64,000 nucleotides of DNA from Eledone cirrhosa (GCA_964016885.1 OZ024741.1:233058001-233122000); one strand, 5' to 3'. Shown: positions 38,500-51,487, counted from the stretch's first letter. A program made the numbers and translations. The notes: generated by a model from the letters alone, not told the origin.

Positions 38500-39574
38500 T
38501 ATATATATATATATTAGAAAAGAAAAGTAAGGTTCTATACAAAACAGTGGATATAGAGAAAATGTGAAGTTGGAAATATCATGGAAAATATATTTTAGGG
38601 TCTGGTTTTCTTTTTTTTTTATCCTTTCTTTAATTCGTCAAGTGACATTATTGAAAAGATGACATTATCGAAAAAATGCGAGGGACAATTCTTTTTAAAA
38701 GTTTTATAATATATATAAAGTATTACCGGTTTCTTTCGATGTATTATTAAAATTCCTCTTATCAAATGTTGAGTATTGAAATAAAAAAATTAAAAAGAAT
38801 TAATAGGAGTTAAAAACTAAAAATTAAAGATTTAAAATTAAAATTAATTGTTGGAGTAAGTTTTTTTCCCATCTTTCTTGCTCAAAGGTGGGCTGGAGAA
38901 TGAGTTCTTGTTAATAGAGAGGTCGTAGTGAAGATAGTAGCAGCAGTGTTGGTGGTTGTGTTTCTACACAGAACAAAGTTGTTGTTGTTGTTGTTGTTTT
39001 GTTTTGGGGGCGAGGGGAGGAAACATCCTGTAAATATGTGTGTGTATATCTGATTGAGTTAATTGACTGGTCTATAGTTCAAAAGAGGATGGGGAATTGT
39101 AAGCTAGAGGCAAATTCTATGGCAGCAGTATTATTGTAAAATAAATTCTATTATTGGAATATATTTTTAGGGAGTGTGTGTATATATATATAGTGTGTGA
39201 GGGTGTATATATAACAATACACACGTGTGTGTGTTTTCAGCCTGCCTGCCACAGGTCCCTTCAGCAATATACACATGTGTGTATGGCGAGGTGTTTTGGT
39301 ATGTGTGTGTGTGTTTTTTCTTTCAGCCTGTCTGTCACAGGTCCCTTTGTGGTGGGAAATTTAAAAAAATTCTTCAAAATTCAAAAATTCCAAAAACTGA
39401 AAGATTCCTTCAAAATTCAAAATTTTAAAAAATAAAAACTTAAAAAACTATTTTTTTATTTAAAAAAAATATATATATATATTGAGTATATGTTGGTTGT
39501 ATACCTAAGTATGCAGATTGGAACACTCGACGAAGTGCGCAGGTTGGTTTAGTTACTCCGGAGTAATGTAAAAT

Positions 39575-39725
39575 AAAATAAAATAAATAAGTCAAATGTT
39601 TAAAATTTGGCTTCGTTTATTACTGCTATATATATTTCGGTGACAGCCATCTTTGGCTGTCACTGAAATATATATAGCAGTAATAAACGAAGCCAAATTT
39701 TAAACATTTGACTTATTTATTTTAT
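39575..39725. repeat. Near-perfect palindrome centred on TGACAGCCA-TCTT-TGGCTGTCA
   Basis: Seen directly. Each arm reads GAAA-TATATA-TA-GCAG after the central stem. Confidence 0.9.
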
Positions 39726-39733
39726 ATATATAT

Positions 39734-40404
39734 ACTGTGCGGCGTAATTCGGGCTGTTTGTTTGTTTACAAACAAACAAACCGAGCATTATAATAAATGT
39801 TCGGTAAACCGATACGTGCATATATATATGTATGCATGTGTGTATATATATACATACTACTGTAGTCTGTATACATATATGTATGTACGTATACATACAT
39901 ACATTTAAGTAAGTGCCGTACTAAGAGTGAGAAATGAAATTTCGTTTCATTCTATTCCATTTATCGTTTTCGGAGTGCCCGGCCGACTGAACTCACTCGA
40001 TATGCAAATTAGGCTGCTCAGCCGTTAATATGCATAAGGAAAGTATATACTTTCAGACGTTCGACCATCTGGCAGGAAGGTATACGATGCTGACGATAGC
40101 TAATGAGCTTGAAACTAGTACATCGTTCCTATTTCAGTGTTGAACAAAAAGGTGACGTGGTTGCCTAAACACTGTACGGCGTAATTCGGGCTGTTTGTTT
40201 GTTTACAAACAAACAAACCGAGCATTATAATAAATGTTCGGTAAACCGATACGTGCATATATATATGTGTGTGCATGTGTGTATATATATACATACTACT
40301 GTAGTCTGTATACATATATGTATGTACGTATACATACATACATATTTACATTTAAGTAAGTGCCGTACTAAGAGTGAGAAATGAAATTCGTTTCATTCTA
40401 TTCC

Positions 40405-40410
<6 letters not shown>
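39734..40410 (+). repeat. A-B-A element: ~230-bp direct repeats, period 437 bp, non-coding, hammerhead in the spacer
   Basis: 39734-39964 matches 40171-40410; flanked by (TA)n. Confidence 0.85.
40084..40126 (+). ncRNA. Minimal type I hammerhead ribozyme
   Basis: ACGAUG-CUGACGA-U-AGCU(AAUG)AGCU-U-GAAA-CUAG-UA^CAUCGU. Confidence 0.9.
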
Positions 40411-40442
<32 letters not shown>

Positions 40443-40522
40443 CGAAGGAATTGTGGTAAGGAACCAGATGGAACGTAACGCACCAGAGTACTCAATACTT
40501 AGGGTAGTAGAGTGGGTAATAG

Positions 40523-40634
40523 GAAAAAGTATGACCCTGACGGCAGAGCTCAAGCCGTTTCGACGGCTAATTCTGGACATCCAGAAATAACCGTCGAAAC
40601 GGCTTGAGCTCTGCCGTCGGGGTCATACTTTTTC
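40523..40634. repeat. Second palindromic half-hammerhead copy
   Basis: Same family as 38389-38499, including the upstream ~80-bp extension. Confidence 0.85.
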
Positions 40635-40734
40635 ATATATATATATATATATTTCGTTTCTGAATTTGTTTAGCATGGGTTTGGCATAATGGGAATGGAC
40701 AAAACAAATCCTCCATTCCCATTATGCCAAACCC

Positions 40735-41625
40735 ATGACTTCCAAATATCTGATCCAGCGAAACTCAGCTGTTTCGGACCATACCAAAATCAACATACTG
40801 ATTGCGGATTTGGTACGGGTGATGAGAAACGTGTCCCGCATGTGCAACCCCGAAGAACTAGAGAGACACATACAACACTTCATCCACCGTATGCAGTTCT
40901 CTGGTTACAATCAGAGAGATAAAATCAGAGTGTATAGAGGAGCCAGAACCAAATGGGAAAAAATGGTAAATAATGACACAAATGGGACCTGCTCCTTGTA
41001 TAGGAGCAAATTTTGGAATAGAATAGAAAGAACTAGGAATAAGGCTAATAGAATAAACTCATGTTATGATAGCAATAAATACCAGAGTGTAATGTTCATC
41101 GATACAACCCCTAGAGGTGAATTACCTTACAAATTTAGAAGGGCCCTAGATAAACATAAACTCAATATTAAGATAGTAGAAAGACCAGGTACCTCCATAA
41201 AACCACTTATTAGCAAGACATACCCTTTTCAAAGACCTCCCTGTATAGATAAGAAATGTATAATCTGTAAATTAAGCCTCCATATTAACTGTAAAACTAG
41301 AAATGTATTATATAGCATAAGATGTACGGAAGGACAATGTAGAGATAAAAATATAGTGTACATAGGTGAGACAGCTCGTAGTATAGGGGAACGGATAAAT
41401 GAACACTGGCGAGACCTTCAAGATAGTAAAGAATCATCTGTACTCTACCAACATGCTAAAATAGAACATAAGGGTAAATTAGAGAACATAGAAATAAAAA
41501 TAGAATCTACACACAGAAAAGACGCAATGTTTAGACAAATCACAGAGGCAATAAACATAAAAGAATTACAACCAAAATTAAATAGAAAACATGAGTGGAA
41601 CAGCAACATCACAACTTACAATTAA
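40735..41625 (+). CDS. Penelope-like element C-terminal ORF (RT thumb, Cys-rich linker, GIY-YIG), 5'-truncated
   Basis: SGY, KIVERPG, C..KKC..C..CKTRNVLY.I.C...C...YIGETAR.IGERI.EH, RQITEAI.I..P.LN.K.EW. Open for 296 aa. Confidence 0.85.
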   Translation: MTSKYLIQRNSAVSDHTKINILIADLVRVMRNVSRMCNPEELERHIQHFIHRMQFSGYNQRDKIRVYRGARTKWEKMVNNDTNGTCSLYRSKFWNRIERTRNKANRINSCYDSNKYQSVMFIDTTPRGELPYKFRRALDKHKLNIKIVERPGTSIKPLISKTYPFQRPPCIDKKCIICKLSLHINCKTRNVLYSIRCTEGQCRDKNIVYIGETARSIGERINEHWRDLQDSKESSVLYQHAKIEHKGKLENIEIKIESTHRKDAMFRQITEAINIKELQPKLNRKHEWNSNITTYN

Positions 41626-41898
41626 GGACAAAATGAAAACACACACACACATAGAACAAACAACCAACCAGTAACATGTAAATAAACAAATAAATAAACA
41701 AATATAAACACACACAGACACAAGGATCTCCTTGTTAAGCCGCCCAACTCCTTCGCCAACCCCTTCTTCGTCTTTCCCTTCCTTCCTTCCTTTACCATTA
41801 CCCTTTTATTACTACCACATCTCTCCCTTTACCTTCTTCTTCTTCTTCTTCTTCTTCTTCTTCTTCTTCTTCTTCTTCTTCTTCTTCTTCTTCTACTG

Positions 41899-41944
<46 letters not shown>

Positions 41945-42382
41945 CCACTTCTCCCTTTTCTATTTCTTCTTCTACTCCTCCTTCTGCTTCTCCTTCCCCT
42001 TCTCTCCACCTACTACTACCACTACAGTCGAAGTCAACACCGAAAACACAAAACGCACTTGTGCTACTCTCACTACCATTGTTGTAATTATAGTCAACAC
42101 CACCAAAGAGAGAAAGCGATACATAAAAATCTGAGCTCTTCTATATATATATATGTACCTAAACCAAAGTTTTTTTTTATAACATATTCTTATTAATATA
42201 CAACTTAAATCCATAGTACGATTAACTTCTTCCGTAGTACGATTAACTTCTTTATAAATTAATGCTTTGCTGTTATTCTATGAGAAAATCTCATTAGCAT
42301 TTTCTAATGTTTTTTTTTTCTTATTTACTATTATATATATCAACTCGTGTGTCACTTCTCAACAATCTGAATATATATATAA

Positions 42383-42428
<46 letters not shown>

Positions 42429-42942
42429 AAAAGGTAAACAATACAATCGGTACAGTATATAGAAGGAATCTAATAGGTTAACGCTTGAAATATCAGGAAG
42501 AGGGTCTTAAGGTTTTGGATGCTAGTCCTTCATCAGAAGAAAGAATGAGAAATAAAATAGATTCAAGGGAGGGATGGGTTGTAATTAGAAAAAATGTCTT
42601 TAGATAAAAATAACAGGTCCATTCATGTTGACATCTCATATATATATATATATATTTATATATATATGTGTGTGTAATAACCCCACTTCGCTTGTGTATG
42701 GCTTGCATTTATGTGTTGCCTGTCTATATGCTTGTGGAACACCTTTGGGCTACGTAATTCAAGTACCTACCAGTATACCTTGTATATGTATACCATGTCG
42801 AGGATTTTAATTACTGTGGTCTTTCTGGATGTACCTTAAGAACATATTAGTGCTTATATAACTATAAGTTACTGAGATCCTATTCACTTATATAGGGACC
42901 AGCGCTTAAATTCCTCTGGCTTTTTTATGTGCTTAAAACTCT

Positions 42943-43145
42943 TTCTTTTTTCTTTTTTCTTTTTTCTTTTTTCTTTTTTCTTTTTTCTTTTTTCTTTTTT
43001 CTTTTTTCTTTTTTCTTTTTTCTTTTTTCTTTTTTCTTTTTTCTTTTTTCTTTTTTCTTTTTTCTTTTTTCTTTTTTCTTTTTTCTTTCTTTTTTCTTTT
43101 TTCTTTTTTCTTTTTTCTTTTTTCTTTTTTCTTTTTTCTTTTTTC
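42943..43145. repeat. (TTTTTC/TTTTTTC)n pyrimidine tract
   Basis: Seen directly. Confidence 0.95.
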
Positions 43146-44276
43146 ACTTCTTTCCTTTTAAAATTTTTAAAAAATTTCTTTTACCTTTTTATTTACTTTT
43201 TATCTCTTTATATTATCTTCATTTTACTTTTTTATTATGTTTTAACCATTGTTTGTATTTTTTTGTTTTGTGTGCCATCAATTGTATCTGCATCTTGTGA
43301 GATCTGCTTGTGTCCTAGCATTTAGCTGTTGTGCTTAACAACCCCAGCATCTACTCACTCCTTATTCGCCATCCCCGATCTCCCTATCTTTACTCTCTAT
43401 TGTATTCCGATTGTTCGTGTGACTAGGCTTGGTAGAGCTTATACTCAGCACTGTGTTTATTAAGCTTTGATTATTCCTACACAACGGTATGGATTAAACA
43501 TTGTAAGCAAATAAAAACTGCTTGAGTATGTAAGCGTTCTTTGGTTTCTTTTACATATATATATATAATATTTATTCTTAACAGGTTGTCCAGCGCATCT
43601 ATTCGGAGAGGAATGTACAAGCATGTGTTATTGTAAATCTGGACTCGAATGTAACCAACTAAACGGCTCGTGTTCAAACTTATGCATGGAAGGACATTAC
43701 AATAGTGATTGTAAAAAAAAAAAAAGATTCAGTAAGTACATTTTGATGGGACTGGTTCCCTCTTTACACTTTATATTCATGTTTCCTCTAAAGTACCAGT
43801 AATGTACTGGGATAATTGCTGGCCTTGTGCCTATAGTAAAAATCATTATTATAAATTGATTAAATAGCGAATGTTTTTTGCTCCAGATCTATATATAGTC
43901 TCAGTTATTCTTAAATATGTTAATTGTGTGTACGACTATGTTTTTCAAGGGAGAATTTAAGAGACAGAAACATATCTAGATTTGCCACTGAACCAGCCAA
44001 GATTCAGTCTGTCACCAATATATTAATCACAGTCTATGCTATTGAATTTCATTTCGTTATTTTCGGGGTTCTCTACATTAAACATTAAGTAGCACACATA
44101 ACTCATAAAATTGTCCACTAAATTTTCAAATAAAACATATCACATACAATGTCACCCATCGTCCCATTATATTACCTACCAAACAATTTATCAAATTACG
44201 AATTAATTATCCCTCAATATCTACTAGCAAGCCATTCAGGAATTATCTGCTAAACATCCTTCCATATCTCCTAAAG

Positions 44277-44574
44277 CAGTGATTTCCAGCATGGCCCGAA
44301 CGCCCTACAGGGGAACAATTGGAAAATGATGTTAATGAGAGAAAACTTCAGGTTTTACCTTAAAATTTTTTAGACCAAAACATATTTGGAACAAATTATG
44401 GTCGGAAACTCCTGTCTCACCTCCTCCACACATGTTATTGTGCATCTGGCATTGCCCATACACCAATTTGTTTACACTTTGTAGTTGATCATCATTGTTT
44501 TTATACCAAAGTGGGGCATAAAATGTTTGAGATGTTGAGGTGGGGCATGGGACACAGAAGGTTGGGAACCACTG
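44277..44574. mobile_element. Old hAT (Charlie-like) MITE
   Basis: Imperfect TIRs CAGTGATTTCCAGC / GGTTGGGAACCACTG; TSD not clear. Confidence 0.55.
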
Positions 44575-44838
44575 TCGTAGTAGCAAATAAGCAACTCACG
44601 GAACTACCTAACTAACACAACATCAAACTATCCTAATAAGCACCTAACAACCTCCAAATGAAATCACCATCAAAACATTCACTAAACCACCGATCTAACC
44701 AGCCACTAATTCTCACACCCAGGAGAATTCCAAATATACTAACTATCAAAGCATCCATCTAACCATACATAAGACCATCCACAAAACGACACACGAAATC
44801 ACATACTAAACCGTATGTTGTATACTTCTTTTCTATAG

Positions 44839-45100
44839 CAAATATTGCTGCAGATTTAGAGGCGTATCAAACCTCAACGTTTCAAGGAGAAACATTTAAG
44901 TGGAGCAGTAACGGTAAATGTGAGGTAAAAGTTGAATCTATGCCATCAGACCGGGCAGTAGATGGGAATTATAGTCCTGAAGCGAGTCATGGTTCATGCT
45001 CGGCAACAAACAAGGCAATGCACAATATCTCGAAAGTTAAACTTGGAAAGAACTACAATGTATCTCAATTGAGGATTTACCCCCCCAAAAAAGTCAGACG
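44839..45100 (+). CDS. Gene 2 exon: F-type lectin (FTP / F5/8 type C-like) domain, N-terminal part
   Basis: ctatag/gtaagt. Peptide NIAADLEAYQTST...RAVDGNY....HGSCSAT....KVKLGKNYNVSQLRIY. Confidence 0.8.
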
Positions 45101-45195
45101 GTAAGTTCTTGTATAATTTCTACATCGTTATTCTTGCTGTTGTTGTTGTTGTTGTTGTTTTTTTTTGTGAAATAAGATAACAAGGACGATTCCCT

Positions 45196-45240
<45 letters not shown>

Positions 45241-45243
<3 letters not shown>

Positions 45244-47900
45244 CATGTGTGAGATGCGCGATGCTGCATGGTAGTGAGATATGGGCAGCAACTGCAGAGG
45301 ATATGCGACGGCTGGAGAAAAATGAAGCAAGTATGCTCCGTTGGATGTGCAATGTCAATGTGCGTGAACGACCAAGCATAGACGAGTTGGGCAATGGAAT
45401 GAGGCATTTGCTGCTACTTATTGCACCAGAGCACCGGCCACATATAAAATCTATATTCTTAGTTAGCTTACCTGTGATCCCACTATATCTTTGATGCATC
45501 CATACTTTGCATTTGTGACATAAAATGGAGTTTCTGCCTACTCCTTTCCTACACACTGAGCATGGCTATTTCCCAGAGGGCACTTGTGCCCTATTTTCTT
45601 TTCTACATACTTTAGTCTTAGACAAGTTAACTTTAAGGCCTTTTGATTCTAGGCCATGCTTCCATGCTTGGAATTTCTTCTCTAGCTCAGCCATTGATTC
45701 GGCTGTGAGCGTTAGATCGTCTGCGTATAGAAGTTCACATGGACAGCCGGTCTTGAGCTCCTCCGTTATAGCTTGGAAGGCGATAATAAATAGGAGGGGG
45801 CTAAGGACGGAGCCCTGATGAACACCAACTTTAACGCTAAACTCTTCACTATATTCGTTGTTAATTCTAACCTTGCTGACTGTTTCTTTATACATGGCTT
45901 GTATAGCTCTCACAAGCCATTCATCTACACCTAGTTTTCTAAGAGCCCACCAGATAATGGAGCGGGAGACTCTGTCAAAGGCTTTCTCCAGGTCTACAAA
46001 AGCTAAGTAGATGGGTTTACTTTTAGCTAGGTACTTCTCCTGTAGTTGTCGTACAATGAAAAGAGCGTCTGTGGCACTTTTACCTGACACAAATCAGAAC
46101 TGCATTTCATCTAGATCAATTCGCTCTCTGATTAGTTGCGCTATTACTTTTTCTGTGACATTCATGACCTGGTCAATTAATGTAATGCCTCTATAGTTTC
46201 CCCTATCTAGTGCGTCTCCTTTACCCTTGTAGCAGTTAATGATGATGCTGCTACGCCAGTCCTTTGGTACGACCCCATTCTGTATAACTTGGTTTACTAT
46301 CCGGGTGACCATAGTGTGTCCCACCGTTCCAGATGCTTTCAGCATTTCAGCAACTATTTCCGAAGGCCCAGCCGCCTTGCCCGTCCTCATATCTTTGATT
46401 GCCTTACTTATTATACTACCTTCAACTTGCACTGCTGGTCCCTCTATTGGATAGATTTGGGAGAGGCTGTCTTTCTCCCATTTATTCTCCTCATTTAGTA
46501 GCCTTTCGTAGTGACACTTCCAAGCTACCTTCTTATCAGCGTCATCATTACGGACACACTTCTCCCCGACAATATCACGGTCTCCTTGACACATTGTCTA
46601 GCAATCCTGAAACACCTCACGTTTTTGGTCCTCGCGTTGTAGAACATGGTGGAACTTTCTTTCCTCTGCTTCCCTTCTTGAGAAGTACACATGTCTCCTA
46701 GCTTCCCTCCTGGCCACTTAATAGTCTTCTCTACTTCTCCCATCCCGCCATACTTTCCAAGCCTGCTTTTTGGTCTTGATCGACTCCTCCACCTTACTGT
46801 TCCACCACCACGTTACTCTCCTCCTGCCTATAGGTCTGCTCCAGCCACAGATTTCATCTGTCGCCTTCAGCAGGTTACCTTTCAGGAATTCCCACTGTTC
46901 CTCTATATTGTACGACTCTGATTGCTCTTCCTTATTGTAATATGCTTTTAAATTTATTACTGGCTGTGGGGTCCTTTAACTTCCATATTTTTCTCCTAAG
47001 GATAGTCCTCCTCTGTTGTCGAATACGTCTCGTCCTGACTATGGGGTCGCTAACTATGAGGTCGCTAACTATGAGGCTATGTTGGGAGGTGCATTCTTCA
47101 TGAGGGAGGGATTTAGTGTTTACAACAGACACTCTGTCTCGTCTTCTGGTAAGGATATAATCTATCTGACTGGCGTGTTCCCCTGATCTATAGGTGATCA
47201 AGTGATTGTCTCGTTTTTTGAAGTTTGTGTTACAGATAGTTAGATTATTTGCGTCACAGTATTCCAGGGTTCTGGAGCCTTCCTCATTTCTAGTACCAAA
47301 CCCATAGCCTCCATGGATTCCGTCATAGCCATCACAGTGTTGACCAACGTGACCATTTAGGTCGCCAGCAATAATTATATAGTCACTGTCGGTTATTTGG
47401 GAGGTAATGAGCATTAACGACTCATAGAATCTGTCTTTTATAATGCCAGGCAGTCCGGGTTTGGGGTGCATACGCAGATATTATTGTCACAGAAGTTCTT
47501 TTGAGGACAAGTCTTATTTTAATTATTCTGTCGTTCACTCTATTTACGTCTATTATCTTATCTACCCATTTTTCTGCTAGCATGATTCCTACTCCACCCA
47601 GCCCATTGTCATTTCCCACCCAGAAAAGCTTATAGCATCGTTTTTTACCCACAATGAATCTAGCAGACCCACCCCTGCACCTGGTATCTTGAATACAGCA
47701 AACATCAACCTCCTTACGTTCAAGCACATATACAACCTCGTTAGAGCGACCTTTTAAGGTACCTACATTCATGGTACCAACTCTGAAGTTTTGGATTGCG
47801 TTTGGTGGGTGGGAAGGACAGGGCGCAGGGAGGGGTGAGGGAGATGGGGCTATGTTAGCTGTCCGTGGTCTAAATAAAGAGTAGGAGTCCTTGCATTCTC
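45241..47900 (-). mobile_element. RTE LINE (APE endonuclease + RT), disrupted, with the 3' piece inverted (45241-45395, +)
   Basis: MNVGTL, IQDTR, GDLNGHVG, SQIDYIL, KGKGD..NYRGI, FVDLEKAFDRV, GVHQGSVLSP, LLYADDL. Confidence 0.92.
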
Positions 47901-48336
47901 GTCCGGCAGCATGAAGTAAATTTGTCTATCTTTGGCATTGTCACTGAGTGTCCAGATTTTTTCAGACTCTCCAGAATTCCGTAGTCCATCCATCATATCG
48001 AAAGGCAACCAGGTCTAAACTTAAGAAGTCATAACATAGGCCGCTGACTTATGATTAGTCCAAATAATAATGGTGGTGTGTGGGGATGGGGGGAGGGATC
48101 TGGGGTAGTTAGCGAGAAGGTTATAAAATAAAATCCACGAAACGTTGGCCATAATTGAACGAGCATATAACTGTAATAAGGGAAGAATTATGGGATTTTA
48201 AAATACAAGATTATTTTGAACGATCAGACAGAATTATCAAATAGCATTGAAAAAGAAAAGCTTGTATTCTGGACGATATGATACAGATAGATGAATGGAC
48301 CAGGTAAACATGTAGAGAAGAGAAAATAGGAATTCG

Positions 48337-48406
<70 letters not shown>

Positions 48407-48597
48407 AAATGTGTGAAATCCTTGGTACAGTTAGGTATATTTGAAAAAAGGAAAATAATGACTTCACTTGTAGTTCTAAACAATTTGATATTTATTTTTA
48501 TAATAAAATTAAATCAAATTGTTTGAAACTACAAGTGAAGTCATTCTTTTCCTTTTTACAAATATACATAGAGATAGATATATAGGTGTGTGTGTGT

Positions 48598-48728
<131 letters not shown>

Positions 48729-48949
48729 GTATGTATGTGTGTCTCTGTGTGTCTGTGTGTGTGTGTATTTGTGTGTGTATGTATGTATAACTAATCAACC
48801 AATCTGCTAATATGCAAATCAAGCTGATCAGTCACTGTATATTCAAAAAAATATATATGTTCACAAGCTCTGACAGTTAGCAGTTATGCAGTATGCGGTA
48901 CCGATGAATGGTAATCACACAGAAACATTAGTGTTTGCAGTTCTGTTTA

Positions 48950-50420
48950 TGTAATTAAGTTTTTCATTTAGTTTATGGAAGGGTCTAAAGGTGTGTGTTT
49001 GTGAAGATCTAAGTTTATGTCTAAGTAATCTACGCTAGTTAGGTTGATAGCTACTGTTATCCTAAATCCTAACTCATTAAAAGTAGTAATTAAATCTTTT
49101 TTAAAACGGTCCAGGTCGTGACCACTTTCATGGCTCGATAGGGTCAGACCACCGTCGCGGTATAATCCCGTGTGGAAGTCCCGAAATCTAGTGCGTAACA
49201 TATCTAAAATAAATAAGCCAACTACTATCGAATGATCCCATTGCTACACCGAATAGTTCTAAAGTAAACTAAATCAAAAACTTAATTACATATACAAGGA
49301 CTCATGTCATCCTCCTACGGTTTTCAGAAATTTCCTGAATAATATCTTTACTAGAATCTCTAACCTCTCCTATAATAAACCAATCTTTGACAGAGCGACA
49401 CCCTACTACAACGCGGCGTTAGCTAACAGCGGCTTCGCGCAATTAATTACTTACTCCCCTGCTAACACCAACAGCAATAGGAAAAGAAATCGTGCTAATA
49501 AAAAAACAATTTGGTTCTCCCCACACGCTTCTCACTCATCGTTAAAACTAATGTAGGAAATTTGTTTAGCTCTCTTAGATACACACTTCCCCATAGATCA
49601 CAAATACCGCTCCATCTTTAACAGACACAGGGTGAAACTAGGACAATCCTGTGCTAAGAATATGAAGGCCCACATCACGAACAGCCCTAAGAGCAGCACC
49701 CCACTAGGTTGCTCTTGCCGAAAGCTTGAGGCTTGTCCCCTCCAACAACAATGCAACACACTCGCTGTAATTTACGAAGCTGTGGTCACTTCTAAGCGAC
49801 CAAATAAACAACAACAGGTTAGATCCTATGTAGGTATGGCGGAGGGCCGGTTTAAGAAACGCTTCCTGAACCATCAGTTGACTTTTAGATACCTGGACAA
49901 ACGATCGTCCATGAAACTCGTAAGCCACATATGGTCCCTCGATAACACAGGCGTAGATTACTCCATCCAATGGAAAGCTATCACTAAGCCTAAGCCATAC
50001 GCCAGGCGAAATCCATCTTGTGGGCTGTGCATTGAAGAAAGGATCAATATCCTGAGAAGCTGCGTAATAGCGATTGCCTAAATTCAAGGAATGAACTTTT
50101 ATCGCGTTGTTCACACGTCTGGAAATTCCTATTACATAATTACAAAGCGCCAGATTAATTAACAACAACAATCTATAATATTCTGAATAACATGAATAAT
50201 TTATTCCTGGAATCCACAATTATCTCCTTTACATAGATCTATTGTGAGTTTACCTCTCCCAGGAGAAGTGATTGTTACTGCGCATGCGTATTCGTACGGT
50301 TGTTTTTCCTTTTCCGTACAACTTCATTTAGAGCGAGCTGAGGATCCGAATAAGGTAAAACATTTGTTCTCAGCATGGTGAACTAACTGTTGTGGAACTG
50401 CTTCTACCTAACTCGTCCCA
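48950..50420 (+). mobile_element. Naiad-type Penelope copy with an inverted RT segment (48968-49260, -) and a degenerate hammerhead (50335-50371)
   Basis: GLYRDGGL..VDYLD on the minus strand; CSCR..CPL..YVG..FKKR on the plus strand. Close relative of 61030-63330. Confidence 0.85.
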
Positions 50421-50439
50421 TATATATATATATATATTA

Positions 50440-51487
50440 CTAACAGCAGGACCCGGCGTTGCACGGGGTAGGAAACGTGAAATAGCAATACGCATATGCA
50501 AATTTTGAGGAATGTAGCTGTGTACTTTTTGAATTCCTTTATTCTCAGGGAATGATTGTTCATCTCCCGGAAACGTAGAACACCAGCAGGCCCGAGTCGT
50601 GAAACATCTGCATGTGCAAAATCTGAAGAAAATCAGCTGGATACTCTTTAAGCGTACTAAATCTTAGAGTATTATTTTTCTTCCATTTGGAGAAAATCAG
50701 TTAGGAGAAAATCATTTCGAGTTTTATAGATTCACAACACAGCAACAAAGGTGCGCAAAAGGGGTCACCGCGGAATTAGCACAACCGTTGTTCGGCGTAC
50801 TTCCACAGAACGTTCATATTGCGGTGTAGGTGCAACAAAAGGGATCTTAGTAGAAGTAGCACAGACGTAAGTTTTACGGTGTCAATAACACGGCAACGTA
50901 CACAGGGCCCAGATTTGCGCGTGATGAAAGCACGAAGCGTCAACAGGGCGCCGACAAACATTTTAAGGTCCTCCTCATTTCCTCAATCCCCCGAAAATGG
51001 TCTTGCTTAAAAGTAAGTGTTGTCTCCTCTTTTAAATAAACCAAATTTTTAACGAAATATTATACGCTACTTACGATGTTTAAGTAGCGTTTATATTGAA
51101 AATGAAAATGGCATGTAATGCCCAATGCTAATTCGTACATTTCCTAGAAACCATTAATGGAATCGGAAATTGTTTTTTTTTGTGCACAGCAATGCGAGGG
51201 GACTATTTAATGTCTGCTGCAAATTTCGAGGCTAGATTATCTTTAGGTTACGCCTCAAAAAAGCCTAAAAGCCTTTAAAATGCGGTTTTTCGCCTAATGC
51301 GGGCGATAGGGTAGACAAAGTTAAAACTTGTTTAACCCATTGCACTTCAAAAAATAGAAGTAACGCATGTGTAAAGTTTGAAAAAAATCGGTTGGGTACT
51401 TCACGAGTTTTAGGGATTTACACAGACAGACAAACAGACACACACACACACAGACAGACAGTCATCCTCTGTTTTATATATATAGGA
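50440..51487 (-). mobile_element. Non-autonomous Helitron
   Basis: Minus-strand 5' TCCTATATATATAAAA..(TGTC)n, 3' hairpin CCCGTGCAACGCCGGG then TTAG. Inserted at an A|T site. Confidence 0.8.

Larger units (their letters stand above)
37590..38860 (-). mobile_element. Penelope direct repeats (~37590-37890, ~38510-38860) around a Naiad-type GIY-YIG fragment (37950-38280)
   Basis: Repeat GTAAGGTTCTATACAAAAC.. occurs twice. Peptide VIYKCTV..YMG..FKKRY..H..CRLC..E..LLNKRQEL. Confidence 0.75.
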
